DNA of 64,000 nt from assembly GCA_034005845.1 (NCBI GenBank), contig JAVETX010000002.1, forward strand, positions 2,342 through 66,341, read 5' to 3'. Under the pieces are notes generated by a model. It worked only from the letters and a program-made list of their open reading frames with translations, ran no database searches and was not told the DNA's origin. Source of the DNA: Sulfurimonas sp. (GTDB taxonomy: Bacteria; Campylobacterota; Campylobacteria; Campylobacterales; Sulfurimonadaceae). The translations under genes were made by a program, and so were the position numbers. The stretch's first letter is position 1. Each line of letters starts with the position of its first letter. Positions 41,977 through 51,653 of this stretch are shown piece by piece.

Positions 41977-43632
41977 ATGGCGTTCGATAACGAATCATTT
42001 GAAGAAGAGAGTTTTGCAGAGCTGTTTGCAGAAAGTGAAAAACAGCAAGAAACAAGTCGCATCGTAGAGGGTGAGATTGTTGAGATCCAAGCGGATGAAA
42101 ATAGAGCATTAGTAGGTATTGGCGATAAGCTAGAGGGTATTATTAATTTAGATGAGATCCGTGATGAAAATGGAGAACTAAAGTTTAATACTGGTGATAA
42201 AATTAAAGTTATGACAATGGGATACTATAATGAGCGTCCTAAAATTTCATACAAAAAAGTTTTAGAGCAACAAAAAACTATTGATTTTATTGATGCGCAC
42301 AAAGACAACTTCGAAGAATTGATTATTGAGGGTGTTATCACTAAGAAAAATCGTGGTGGATACGTAGTAGAAGCAGACGATGTTGCTTTCTTTATGCCAC
42401 GTTCACTAGCAGCGTTCAAAGACACAGACGATGTGATCGGTCGCAAGATCAAAGCACAAGTTATAAAGATCGATGAAGCAGAAAACTCAATCGTAGTTTC
42501 TCGTCGTAAACTTTTTAATGAAGAGCGCAAAAAGAAAAAAGAGATCATCGACAAATTGATGGAAGATGATGCGATCATCGAGGGAACGATCAAGAAGATC
42601 ACAAGCTACGGTATGTTCGTAGATGTTGGTGGTGTTGATGGTCTAGTACACTACAACGAGATCAGCTACAAAGGTCCTGTGAACCCTTCTAAACTTTACA
42701 AAGAGGGTGATACTGTAACAGTCAAAGCTATCTCTTATGATAAAGACAAAAGACATCTTTCCCTTTCTATCAAAGCAGTTCAAGAGGATCCATGGGAAGA
42801 AGTAGAGAGTGAGTTGGATGAAGGTGATACGATCACTGTTACTGTTTCAAATATCGAAGCATACGGTGTATTTGTAGATCTTGGAAACGATATCGAAGGT
42901 TTCTTACATATTTCAGAGATCACTTGGGACAAAAACGTTAAAAATCCAAACGATTATTTAACAGTAGGTCAAGAGATCGATGTAGAAGTGATCGAGATCA
43001 ATCCTAAAACACACAAACTCCGTGTATCTTTAAAAAGACTTTTACCAAAACCATTTGATGAGTTTATGAAAAAACACAATGAAGGTGACGTTGTAACTGG
43101 TACAGTTACATCCCTTACTGATTTTGGTGCATTCGTGAAAATTGACGGTGTAGAAGGTCTTTTACATAATCAAGATGTATCTTGGGATAAAGCTGTTAAA
43201 TCTAAAGATATCTTAAATGTTGGCGATGAAGTAGAAGTGAAAATTGCGAAGATCAATAAAGAGGATCAAAAGATCTCTTTAAACCGCAAAACACTTTTAG
43301 AGAGCCCAATTGATACATTTGCTACGAAACATAAAATAAACTCAGTTATCAAAGGAACTATCCGTGATATTAAAGAGTTTGGTGTATTCGTATCTCTTGA
43401 AGATGGTGTAGATGCATTGATCCGTGATGAAGATTTAGCTCCACTTGTAAAAGAGGAGTTAGAGGCTGGTCAAGAGATCGAAGCTGCTATCGCTGTAATC
43501 GATACAAAACGTGATCGTATCCGTCTTTCTGTGAAAAAGTTAGACTATATTAAAAATCAAGCACTTCTTGAAGAGATCAATGATACTGCATCACACTCTT
43601 TAGGTGATTTGATTAAAGACAAATTTAAGTAA
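41977..43632 (+). CDS. rpsA: 30S ribosomal protein S1
   Basis: Repeated S1 domains (YGMFVDVGGVDGLVH, YGVFVDLG, FGAFVKI, FGVFVSL). Confidence 0.97.
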   Translation: MAFDNESFEEESFAELFAESEKQQETSRIVEGEIVEIQADENRALVGIGDKLEGIINLDEIRDENGELKFNTGDKIKVMTMGYYNERPKISYKKVLEQQKTIDFIDAHKDNFEELIIEGVITKKNRGGYVVEADDVAFFMPRSLAAFKDTDDVIGRKIKAQVIKIDEAENSIVVSRRKLFNEERKKKKEIIDKLMEDDAIIEGTIKKITSYGMFVDVGGVDGLVHYNEISYKGPVNPSKLYKEGDTVTVKAISYDKDKRHLSLSIKAVQEDPWEEVESELDEGDTITVTVSNIEAYGVFVDLGNDIEGFLHISEITWDKNVKNPNDYLTVGQEIDVEVIEINPKTHKLRVSLKRLLPKPFDEFMKKHNEGDVVTGTVTSLTDFGAFVKIDGVEGLLHNQDVSWDKAVKSKDILNVGDEVEVKIAKINKEDQKISLNRKTLLESPIDTFATKHKINSVIKGTIRDIKEFGVFVSLEDGVDALIRDEDLAPLVKEELEAGQEIEAAIAVIDTKRDRIRLSVKKLDYIKNQALLEEINDTASHSLGDLIKDKFK

Positions 43633-43637
43633 ATAAT

Positions 43638-44117
43638 ATGCAAAAGATACTAAAATGGTTCACTCCAGTGCTCGCACTTGGAGTAGCTGTTTTTATTATC
43701 TTTTTTATTATCTCTATAAACTCTCATGAGCGTATAGAGGATCCAAAACCACTTGTACTTAAAACAGATGTTGTTGATGGTACCCCAAAGATAAATTGGT
43801 TGAGTCATTTTTCTCAGTCTGAGAGATTGGGCTATTTTTATCCAGTCAATGAAGTCTATGTGAAACTTGACCTTGATGAAAAAATAATTAAAAAGACTAC
43901 CTATAAGCTATCTGCCCCGATTTTAGACCCCTACCAACTGTTTTGTTTAAAAGAGGAACTAAGCCATCATGGGTTAAAATACTTTTTGAAACGTGATGAC
44001 AAATCGGTCGAGTTACTTATTTTTTCAAAAGATATTAACAAGTTGAATTCATTAGTTAAAGTATTGAAAAATTATCAAATTTTGGCAACTATAAAGCCGT
44101 ATAAAGAGGATGTATAA
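43638..44117 (+). CDS. Membrane-anchored periplasmic hypothetical protein
   Basis: One N-terminal TM; lies between rpsA and serA as in Campylobacter (recalled synteny). Confidence 0.75.
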   Translation: MQKILKWFTPVLALGVAVFIIFFIISINSHERIEDPKPLVLKTDVVDGTPKINWLSHFSQSERLGYFYPVNEVYVKLDLDEKIIKKTTYKLSAPILDPYQLFCLKEELSHHGLKYFLKRDDKSVELLIFSKDINKLNSLVKVLKNYQILATIKPYKEDV

Positions 44118-45703
44118 TGCAAAAACACACAATTGTAGTATGTGATCATATTCATGAAGCTGGTCTTGAGATGCTTCGTAATGATGAAAATATCAACTTC
44201 ATCATGGCAGCAGATGAAGATAAAGTAAAGTTGTTAGATATTATCGCTGATGCGGATGTAGCTATCACGAGAAGTTCAACGGATGTAGACGAAAAATTCA
44301 TTGCTGCGGCAAAAAATATGAAAGCGATCGTGCGTGCAGGGGTGGGTGTAGATAACGTAGATATTCCTGGATGTTCAAAAGAGGGGATCATTGTGATGAA
44401 CGTACCAACTGCAAACACAATTGCAGCGGTAGAGCTTACAATGGCACATATGCTCTCTTGTATGAGAATGTTCCCATACTCTCACGATCACCTCAAAAAC
44501 CAACGTATCTGGAAAAGAGAAAAGTGGTATGGTTATGAGATGAAAGGCAAAAAGCTTGGTGTGATCGGTTTTGGTAATATTGGAAGCCGCGTTGCAAAAA
44601 GAGCGAAAGCTTTTGAGATGGATATCGTAGCATACGACCCATATATCAACCCATCTAAAGTAACTGATCTTGATATGACCTACACAAAGAATTTTGAAGA
44701 TATTTTAGCATGTGATATCATCACGATCCACACACCAAAAAATCAAGAAACTATTGGTATGATCGGTGAAGCTGAGATCGCTAAGATGAAAGATGGTGTC
44801 GTGCTTATCAACTGTGCACGTGGAGGACTTTATGATGAAGAAGCTCTTTATAATGGACTCACATCAGGAAAGATCCGTTTTGCAGGGATCGATGTATTTA
44901 ACAAAGAACCAGCAACAGATCATCCACTCTTAGATCTTGATAATGTAACTGTTTCTCCACACCTTGGAGCAAATACTTATGAGTCTCAATACAATATCGG
45001 AACACAAGCAGCTCAAAACGCGATTGAGGCTGCAAAAGGGATCGCTTATCCACACGCGATGAACCTTCCAATTGATGAGAGTAAGATCCCATCTTTTGTA
45101 AAACCATTTTTGGAGATGGGACAAAAGATCGGTTTCTTAGCATCTCAGATCAATAAGTCACAACTTCTTGCTATCAAAGTAAGCGGGCAGGGTGCTATCT
45201 CTGAGTATGTAGATTCTCTTTCAACTTTTGTTGCAGTGGGTGCGATGAGTGAGACAAGTGGTGATACGATCAACTACGTCAATGCTGATTTTATTGCCAA
45301 AGAAAAAGGGATCAAAATAGAGTCTGAGTCTCTTGTAGAGTCTTCAGTCTTTAAAAACCTTATCACTGTGAAGCTCACAACTGCAGAGGGAACAACAACG
45401 ATCTCTGCAACGATCTTTGATGATAACATCCAAAGAATCGTAGATATCAATGGTTTTGATGTTGAAGTGGGTCTCAAAGGGCATATGATATTCGTTAAAA
45501 ATACAGATGTTCCTGGAGTGATTGGTAGTGTGGGAACTATCCTTGCAAACAACAATGTAAATATCGCAGACTTCTCACTCGCGCGCAATGACAAATCACA
45601 AGCACTTGCTGTGATCTTGGTTGATAGTGCTGTGAGTGAAAAAACACTCAAAGAGCTCTCTTCTCTAGAAGCTTGCCTTAGCGTAAACTACGCACGCCTC
45701 TAA
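44117..45703 (+). CDS. serA: D-3-phosphoglycerate dehydrogenase
   Basis: RAGVGVDNVD, GVIGFGNIG, INCARGG, PHLGANT, C-terminal ACT domain. Confidence 0.97.
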   Translation: MQKHTIVVCDHIHEAGLEMLRNDENINFIMAADEDKVKLLDIIADADVAITRSSTDVDEKFIAAAKNMKAIVRAGVGVDNVDIPGCSKEGIIVMNVPTANTIAAVELTMAHMLSCMRMFPYSHDHLKNQRIWKREKWYGYEMKGKKLGVIGFGNIGSRVAKRAKAFEMDIVAYDPYINPSKVTDLDMTYTKNFEDILACDIITIHTPKNQETIGMIGEAEIAKMKDGVVLINCARGGLYDEEALYNGLTSGKIRFAGIDVFNKEPATDHPLLDLDNVTVSPHLGANTYESQYNIGTQAAQNAIEAAKGIAYPHAMNLPIDESKIPSFVKPFLEMGQKIGFLASQINKSQLLAIKVSGQGAISEYVDSLSTFVAVGAMSETSGDTINYVNADFIAKEKGIKIESESLVESSVFKNLITVKLTTAEGTTTISATIFDDNIQRIVDINGFDVEVGLKGHMIFVKNTDVPGVIGSVGTILANNNVNIADFSLARNDKSQALAVILVDSAVSEKTLKELSSLEACLSVNYARL

Positions 45704-45711
45704 CAAAAATC

Positions 45712-45731
45712 GTGACACCTTGTGGTGTCGC
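45712..45731 (+). terminator. Hairpin after serA
   Basis: GTGACACC-TTGT-GGTGTCGC, 8-bp stem with one G-U pair; weak U tract. Confidence 0.5.
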
Positions 45732-45779
45732 TTAAGAATCAATTTGCTACCATAGAGTTATATCTATGGGAGCAAAAAT

Positions 45780-47522
45780 ATGATTCTTAATGAAAAAAAT
45801 ATCCTCAAATTCATTGTCTTCACTCCTCTTATTACTATCCCTTTTATTGCCTTTTTTATTGCATACCTTACTCTCACTCGTAATCATGATACCTTTCAAA
45901 CAGCGATCAAGAGCATTCAAAAAGATCTGATTAAAATAGAGAAAAAGAAGGTACAAGCCAAAGTAGATAGTGTGGTCGATCTAGTCAAATATCGCCAGTC
46001 TATTATAAAAGAGGAACTCAAAGCAAGAGTCAAAGACCGTGTTTATACCGCCTATAATGTAGCCCATTCAATATATCAGCAGTTTAAAGGTAAAAAGTCA
46101 GATAAGGAGATAAAAAAACTTATCGTGAGTGCTCTTAGACCTCTTGTTTGGAATAATGGGGAGAGTTTTATCTGGATCCTTGATTTTCATGGAGTCTCCT
46201 ATCTGGCACCTGAGTATTTAAAACATCTTGAGGGAAGATCGTGGATCGATATTCAAGGGGCTAATGGAGAGTATGTGATCAAAGAGGAGATCGCTTTTTG
46301 TAAAGAGCATAAAGAGGGCTTTTTTTGGAATACATTTACAAAGCCCAATGACCCCTCACTCGAACAACATGAACAGCTCGTCTATCTCAAAGCTTTTGAT
46401 GATTATAAATGGTATATGGGATCAGGAGAGTATCTTCAAACCGCTTCGAAGATATCCGATGAAGATCTCTTAAACTCGATCCAAAAAATTGGTGAGCATG
46501 GAAGCTCTTATGTCTTTGTAGTCGATAGTGTTATGAATATTGTGCTCAATACATCTCTGGATCAAACAGCTCAAGTAAATACACAGAGTGTTTTAAAGAA
46601 GATTGAGAGCGTTTTAGCAAAACAAGAAAATGGCTTTATTGAATATCAGTGGATCAATCCAGCAACACAAAAAAAAGAGCTCAAATACTCCTACATCCAA
46701 AGAGTTCATAAAAATGGCTGGATCATTGGGAGTGGCTTTTACGCCTCAGAAATAGAAGCGATCGCCAAGATTCAGATACAAGCCCTACAAGATGCTTATA
46801 ATAAAGAAACGCGCTATTTACTTCTCTTGAGCGCTTTTTTTATTCTCATATCTTTTGTTGTATCCTATATCTTACATATTTATATCAAAAAGATCTTGCA
46901 ACGCTATGAGATCGATATTCTAGCCAAACAAAAGGCTCTAAGAAAACTCAACCAAAGCTTAGAAGCAAAGGTGCAAGCTCGCACCAAAGAGCTCCAAGAG
47001 AGTACAAAACAACTCGAAGAGCTCGCACATAAAGATGCACTGACATCTATAGAAAACCGCTATTCGATCATGAAAACACTTGCATCAGAAATAGATAGAG
47101 CCAGAAGATATAAAAATAAACTCTCTGTAGTGATGTATGATATCGATCACTTTAAAGATATCAATGATACCTATGGGCATGACGTGGGGGATGATGTTTT
47201 GGTCGCTTTGACGCAGCTTGTTGATCATAACTGTCGTGAGATCGATTTTCTAGGGCGCTATGGTGGAGAGGAGTTTTTGATCATTATGCCAAACACCTCA
47301 AGAGAAGACGCAAAAGAGTTTGCTCACCGTATTCGTCTTGTGGTGCAAAACCACTCTTTTAAAATTATAGGAAAGCTCACAATTAGTTTGGGACTTATTG
47401 AGTATCAAGAGGGCGAAGAGATCAAAGAGCTTTTCAAACGTCTCGATACACTTTTGTATCAAGCAAAAAATGGGGGAAGAAATAAACTTTGTAGCGATGA
47501 TGGCACGGAAGATGTTCTTTGA
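45780..47522 (+). CDS. Cache-domain diguanylate cyclase
   Basis: Two TMs flanking tandem Cache domains; DALTSIENR, DIDHFKDINDTYGHDVGD, RYGGEEF. Confidence 0.93.
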   Translation: MILNEKNILKFIVFTPLITIPFIAFFIAYLTLTRNHDTFQTAIKSIQKDLIKIEKKKVQAKVDSVVDLVKYRQSIIKEELKARVKDRVYTAYNVAHSIYQQFKGKKSDKEIKKLIVSALRPLVWNNGESFIWILDFHGVSYLAPEYLKHLEGRSWIDIQGANGEYVIKEEIAFCKEHKEGFFWNTFTKPNDPSLEQHEQLVYLKAFDDYKWYMGSGEYLQTASKISDEDLLNSIQKIGEHGSSYVFVVDSVMNIVLNTSLDQTAQVNTQSVLKKIESVLAKQENGFIEYQWINPATQKKELKYSYIQRVHKNGWIIGSGFYASEIEAIAKIQIQALQDAYNKETRYLLLLSAFFILISFVVSYILHIYIKKILQRYEIDILAKQKALRKLNQSLEAKVQARTKELQESTKQLEELAHKDALTSIENRYSIMKTLASEIDRARRYKNKLSVVMYDIDHFKDINDTYGHDVGDDVLVALTQLVDHNCREIDFLGRYGGEEFLIIMPNTSREDAKEFAHRIRLVVQNHSFKIIGKLTISLGLIEYQEGEEIKELFKRLDTLLYQAKNGGRNKLCSDDGTEDVL

Positions 47523-47546
47523 TTCTACATCCCAAGGATGTAGAAT
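47522..47546. terminator. Bidirectional hairpin between convergent genes, built on the ACATCCCAAG motif
   Basis: ATTCTACATCC-CAA-GGATGTAGAAT, perfect 11-bp stem between the DGC stop (47522) and the RND stop (47550). Confidence 0.75.
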
Positions 47547-47549
47547 AGT

Positions 47550-49262
47550 TTATGGCTCATAGATAGAGACCTTCTCTTTATCATGAAAATCAAAGTGACG
47601 CTCAAGATCAGCATTATATAAAAGAACAGGTACAACAACGAGTGAAGCAACAACCGCTGCAATGGTACCAAAGATAAGTGCCACACCAAGTCCACCAAAT
47701 ACTGCGTCTCCTGCTAGAAGGGTCGATGCAAGAATAATCGCAGCGGCAGTTAAAAAGATAGGTTTTGCGCGCGTTGCCGCCGCATATGCGACAGCTTCTG
47801 CTTTGTGCATCCCTTTATCACACATCAGTGACTTGGTAAAGTCAATAAGCAAGAGGGAGTTTCTCGAACTGATCCCAATAAGAGCGATAAATCCGATAAG
47901 CGAAGTTGCTGTGAGGAAAAATGTATCGTGGGTGAAAAGATCCATGATCCAATGTCCTAAGATCACTCCGATGATAGATAAAAAAGATCCAAGTAAAATA
48001 ATCCCGCTGAGTGTATAGCTTTTGTAGTAGATCACCATAAGTAAAAAGATCAGTACGAGTGCAGCGATAAATGCAGCTCCCAGCTCAACAAAAGTATCGA
48101 GTGTTACTTCCATCTCTCCATCCCATTTAAGCGCATAGACCTCATTACTTTGTTTATGCTTGAGCTCAAGATTAAATAAGCCCGTTTTGCGAATATCGTA
48201 GTGCTCTGAGAGAGATTCTAAAATCGTATCTCGTGCTTCCATCAAAGGATAAACCTGTGAGACCATATCTGTCTCTGCGACAACATTTGTCATCTTATGC
48301 AAGTTCTTACTCATGATCATAGGGTTTGATTTTTTTGCAACTATAGTGACAAGCTCGGTAAGAGGGATCATCATCCCCGATGGATTCATAAGCTTGAGTG
48401 AGGAGAGTTTCATCTCGATAGCTCTTTTGTCTTTGTTTGAGAACTTCTTGGTCTCAGAGCTGAGCGTGAGAAAAATTGGGATCTGATCGTTGTAGAGATC
48501 AGAGTTTTTCACAGCGATCGCCATCCCCTCAAAAGCAAGATAGATGATATCATTGAGCTGTTTGACATTGATACCTGATTTTGCAGCTTTGATGCTATCT
48601 ACACGGATCTCAAAAGTATCATAGATATCATCTTGCATAATATCTACATCCACAAGTCCTGGAGTGTTTTTAAAGATATTTGCTACATCCTCAGAGAGCT
48701 GGCGTAAACCTTCACTATCATTTCCATAGATCTCAGCTACGATGGCAGCGAGTACTGGAGGACCAGCAGGAGGTTCAACAAAAGAGATATTGGTATTTGG
48801 ATAGATCTTCTCACAGCTTTGCACGATCATCGGGCGCATTCTTTGCACCATAAAATAAGATGGCTCTTCTCTATCATGTTTTTTAGTGAGATTCACAACG
48901 ATCTCAGCTTCGTTCTCAGAGTTTTTAAAGTGAGAACCTTTGATAAGCCCTGCAAAATCCAGAGGTGCTCCCATCCCTAAAAAGACCTCAGTATCTAAGA
49001 CCTCACTCTCCTTTTGGATAAAACCAACCACACAGTCTGTCACCTGCTTTGTCTGCTCAATCGAGCTTCCATTTGCAAGGGATGTGTAGATAGTAAACGT
49101 GTCATTGTTCTTTCCAGGAAGCATCTTGGCAAGTACTATTTTACTTGGTGCGATCATCAGTACTGAGAGGATAAAGGCGATAAGTGTTCCAAAGAGAACT
49201 ATTTTACGTTTTTTACTGCTTTGGATAACTTCTAAAAGGAACTGTTCAAATTTTTGAAACAT
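47550..49262 (-). CDS. RND efflux permease, C-terminal half
   Basis: AKMLPGKN, PPAGPPV, GISSRNSLLLIDF, RAKPIFLTA; own RBS and TAATG coupling. Confidence 0.9.
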   Translation of the reverse strand: MFQKFEQFLLEVIQSSKKRKIVLFGTLIAFILSVLMIAPSKIVLAKMLPGKNNDTFTIYTSLANGSSIEQTKQVTDCVVGFIQKESEVLDTEVFLGMGAPLDFAGLIKGSHFKNSENEAEIVVNLTKKHDREEPSYFMVQRMRPMIVQSCEKIYPNTNISFVEPPAGPPVLAAIVAEIYGNDSEGLRQLSEDVANIFKNTPGLVDVDIMQDDIYDTFEIRVDSIKAAKSGINVKQLNDIIYLAFEGMAIAVKNSDLYNDQIPIFLTLSSETKKFSNKDKRAIEMKLSSLKLMNPSGMMIPLTELVTIVAKKSNPMIMSKNLHKMTNVVAETDMVSQVYPLMEARDTILESLSEHYDIRKTGLFNLELKHKQSNEVYALKWDGEMEVTLDTFVELGAAFIAALVLIFLLMVIYYKSYTLSGIILLGSFLSIIGVILGHWIMDLFTHDTFFLTATSLIGFIALIGISSRNSLLLIDFTKSLMCDKGMHKAEAVAYAAATRAKPIFLTAAAIILASTLLAGDAVFGGLGVALIFGTIAAVVASLVVVPVLLYNADLERHFDFHDKEKVSIYEP

Positions 49263-50854
49263 TAGTGTTTTTCTCCCTCTTTATGATCTGGTTTTTTGAG
49301 CATACGGAGTGCTAAATAGGGTGTAAAGATATAAGCAACAAAGAGTGAAGCGATAAGTGCAACAGGAACATTTGCAGGAATAGGCTTCATAAATTGCCCC
49401 ATCATCTGCCCTACAAACGCCATAGGTACCATCGTCATAATGATCGCTAGGGTCGCAATATTTGTCGGTGGTCCGATCTCATCGGTTGCTTTGACCATCA
49501 ACTCTTCTGTGGTCTCATGTTGTGACTCGATAGAGTGAAAATGTCTGTGGATATTCTCGATCACAATGATTGCGGCATCGACTAAGAGTCCAAGGGAGAG
49601 CAAGAATGCAAAGAGGGTGATACGATTGATCGTTTGCCCACTAAGATAAGCTACAAAGAGGGTAATAGCCAAGATCGCAGGAACGGTAAAGGTTACGATC
49701 AAAGATTCTCTCCATCCAAGCACAAAGATAAGTAAGATCGCGATGATGATGATCGATAAAACCAGGTGAAAGACAAGTTCGTTGACCGCTTCATTTGCTC
49801 TTTCCCCATCGTTGCGTGTAATGACATAGTTGATCCCATTTTTTGCGAGCACATCTTTATAGGTCTCAAGCTCTGTTTTGACTGCATCAGCTATCACAAC
49901 GGCGTTGGTGCCTTGAAGCTTGGAGATGGTGAGTGTCACTTGCTCTTGCAGGGGTGTAAAGGAGCCATCCTCTTTTTGGATACTAATAGAAGCAGATTTA
50001 AAGTTTTGAATATCATACGAATCAGAAACTTTGGCGATCTGCTTGAGATAGATCGGAGAGCCCATATATTGAGCGACCATGATATCGCCTACATCCTTTG
50101 CACTCTCTATCGCATTTTTGACCCCAACCATTACGATCTCATTCTCTTTGGTTCTGTTCTTAACCGCAGGAACACTATAAGAGAGTGCTTGGACAGCTTG
50201 ATGAATTTGCCCCATAGAGATGTTGTAGCCTGAGAGTTTATGCAGATCGACCTCGATATTGAACTGATGACGATTGCCCCCTTTGAGCTCAGTTACGGCA
50301 ACATTTTCAAGTCCATTGATATGGTGCTGGATATCTTTGACCCTATCATAGAGTTCTGTGTTTTGTATCTTTGCATCATTAGAGTAAAAAGCAACCGATA
50401 CCACAGGGATGTCAACATCAATGTCTAGAGGTTTGATGATCGGCTCCATCGCGCCTTTTGGAAAGATATCTGCATTTTGCATGATCTTGTCATAGATCTT
50501 GAGGTTAGAATCTTCCTTCTCCTCACCAATATAAAAAGCAGCATTGACCACACCCACATTGTCCATCGCCATGCTTTGGATGTGTTCAACCCCTTTGACC
50601 TCTTTGAGTTTGCGCTCAAGAGGCTTGACGATCACTTTTTCGATCTCAGCAGCACTTGCCCCTGGGAGTGCGACGATCACGGTTGAGCCACTTACCACCA
50701 TTTGTGGGTTTTCCTCACGTGGCATCACCATAAGTGCGAGATATCCAATAGCCAAAAGAGATATTCCAAGAACGATGGTCAGAGGATTTTTCAAAAAAGC
50801 AAAAGCGAGCTTTCCTGAGATATCCTTTGGTTGATAGCTTTTTGTTGTACTCAT
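49262..50854 (-). CDS. RND efflux permease, N-terminal half
   Basis: MPREENPQM, LPGASAAEIE, GLLVDAAIIVIENI, PANVPVALIASLFVA. Confidence 0.9.
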   Translation of the reverse strand: MSTTKSYQPKDISGKLAFAFLKNPLTIVLGISLLAIGYLALMVMPREENPQMVVSGSTVIVALPGASAAEIEKVIVKPLERKLKEVKGVEHIQSMAMDNVGVVNAAFYIGEEKEDSNLKIYDKIMQNADIFPKGAMEPIIKPLDIDVDIPVVSVAFYSNDAKIQNTELYDRVKDIQHHINGLENVAVTELKGGNRHQFNIEVDLHKLSGYNISMGQIHQAVQALSYSVPAVKNRTKENEIVMVGVKNAIESAKDVGDIMVAQYMGSPIYLKQIAKVSDSYDIQNFKSASISIQKEDGSFTPLQEQVTLTISKLQGTNAVVIADAVKTELETYKDVLAKNGINYVITRNDGERANEAVNELVFHLVLSIIIIAILLIFVLGWRESLIVTFTVPAILAITLFVAYLSGQTINRITLFAFLLSLGLLVDAAIIVIENIHRHFHSIESQHETTEELMVKATDEIGPPTNIATLAIIMTMVPMAFVGQMMGQFMKPIPANVPVALIASLFVAYIFTPYLALRMLKKPDHKEGEKH

Positions 50855-50864
50855 ATCTTTGCCT

Positions 50865-51653
50865 TTAGTCTATATGTATCGTTGCATACATCCCAGGATA
50901 TACGGAGTTATTTTTATTTTCAAAGGAGACCTTGATCTTAAATGTGTGTGTCATTGGGTTTGAGCTAGGGATGATCGCACTCACTTTTGCTATCTGTGTG
51001 ATCCCAAGGGATGGGATGTTGACAGTGACTTGCTTGCCATGTTTGATGAGTGCTAAGTTCCCCTCAGCGATCTCCGCTTCTATCTTAAGGTTTGTAAGAT
51101 CAGAGAGGATGATCGCTGGCATTCCAGGCATTGCCATCTCGCCCACTTTAATATTTTTTGCGATCACGACACCATCATTGGGTGCTTTGATATTGAGGTA
51201 GCGGTATTGGTTTTTGACCTCTGTGAGTCGTGCTTGTGCTTGTTCGACCTGTTTTTTTGCGATGAGGATCATATCTGCGAGATTTTTTTCAGCAAGCTCG
51301 AGATTTTCCACTTCATATTTTGAAACCATATCTTTTTCTAAGAGTCTTCTATGACGATCAAGGTTGAGGCGTACATTGGTGTATTGGTTTTGGTACATCC
51401 CAAGGCTTAGCTCTGCTTGAGAGATAGCGAGTTCTACTTGAGAAAGCGCTGCATCGATCTCTTTGGAGTCGATCGTATAAAGAAGATCCCCTTTTTTGAC
51501 ATACTCACCCTCTGAGACATTTACATTGGTGACAAAGCCCATAAAGCGACTTGTGATCATCTTTTGATTATCCGAGATCACACTTCCAGAGAGTGTGAGT
51601 GTTTCTGCAACGAGTGCGAGGCTTAAGCTTAAAAGTAAGACTATCTTTTTCAT
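50865..51653 (-). CDS. RND periplasmic adaptor (MFP)
   Basis: SRFMGFVTNVNVSEGEYVKKGDLL, IKAPNDGVV, VYPGMYA. Confidence 0.93.
   Translation of the reverse strand: MKKIVLLLSLSLALVAETLTLSGSVISDNQKMITSRFMGFVTNVNVSEGEYVKKGDLLYTIDSKEIDAALSQVELAISQAELSLGMYQNQYTNVRLNLDRHRRLLEKDMVSKYEVENLELAEKNLADMILIAKKQVEQAQARLTEVKNQYRYLNIKAPNDGVVIAKNIKVGEMAMPGMPAIILSDLTNLKIEAEIAEGNLALIKHGKQVTVNIPSLGITQIAKVSAIIPSSNPMTHTFKIKVSFENKNNSVYPGMYATIHID

Noticed and set aside
20991-45651. Long antisense or alternative-frame ORFs in the track (e.g. 20991-21665, 27513-28205, 41162-41878, 8275-8811)
   Set aside because: They overlap well-supported housekeeping genes, lack motifs and RBSs, and are expected shadows of biased codon usage.
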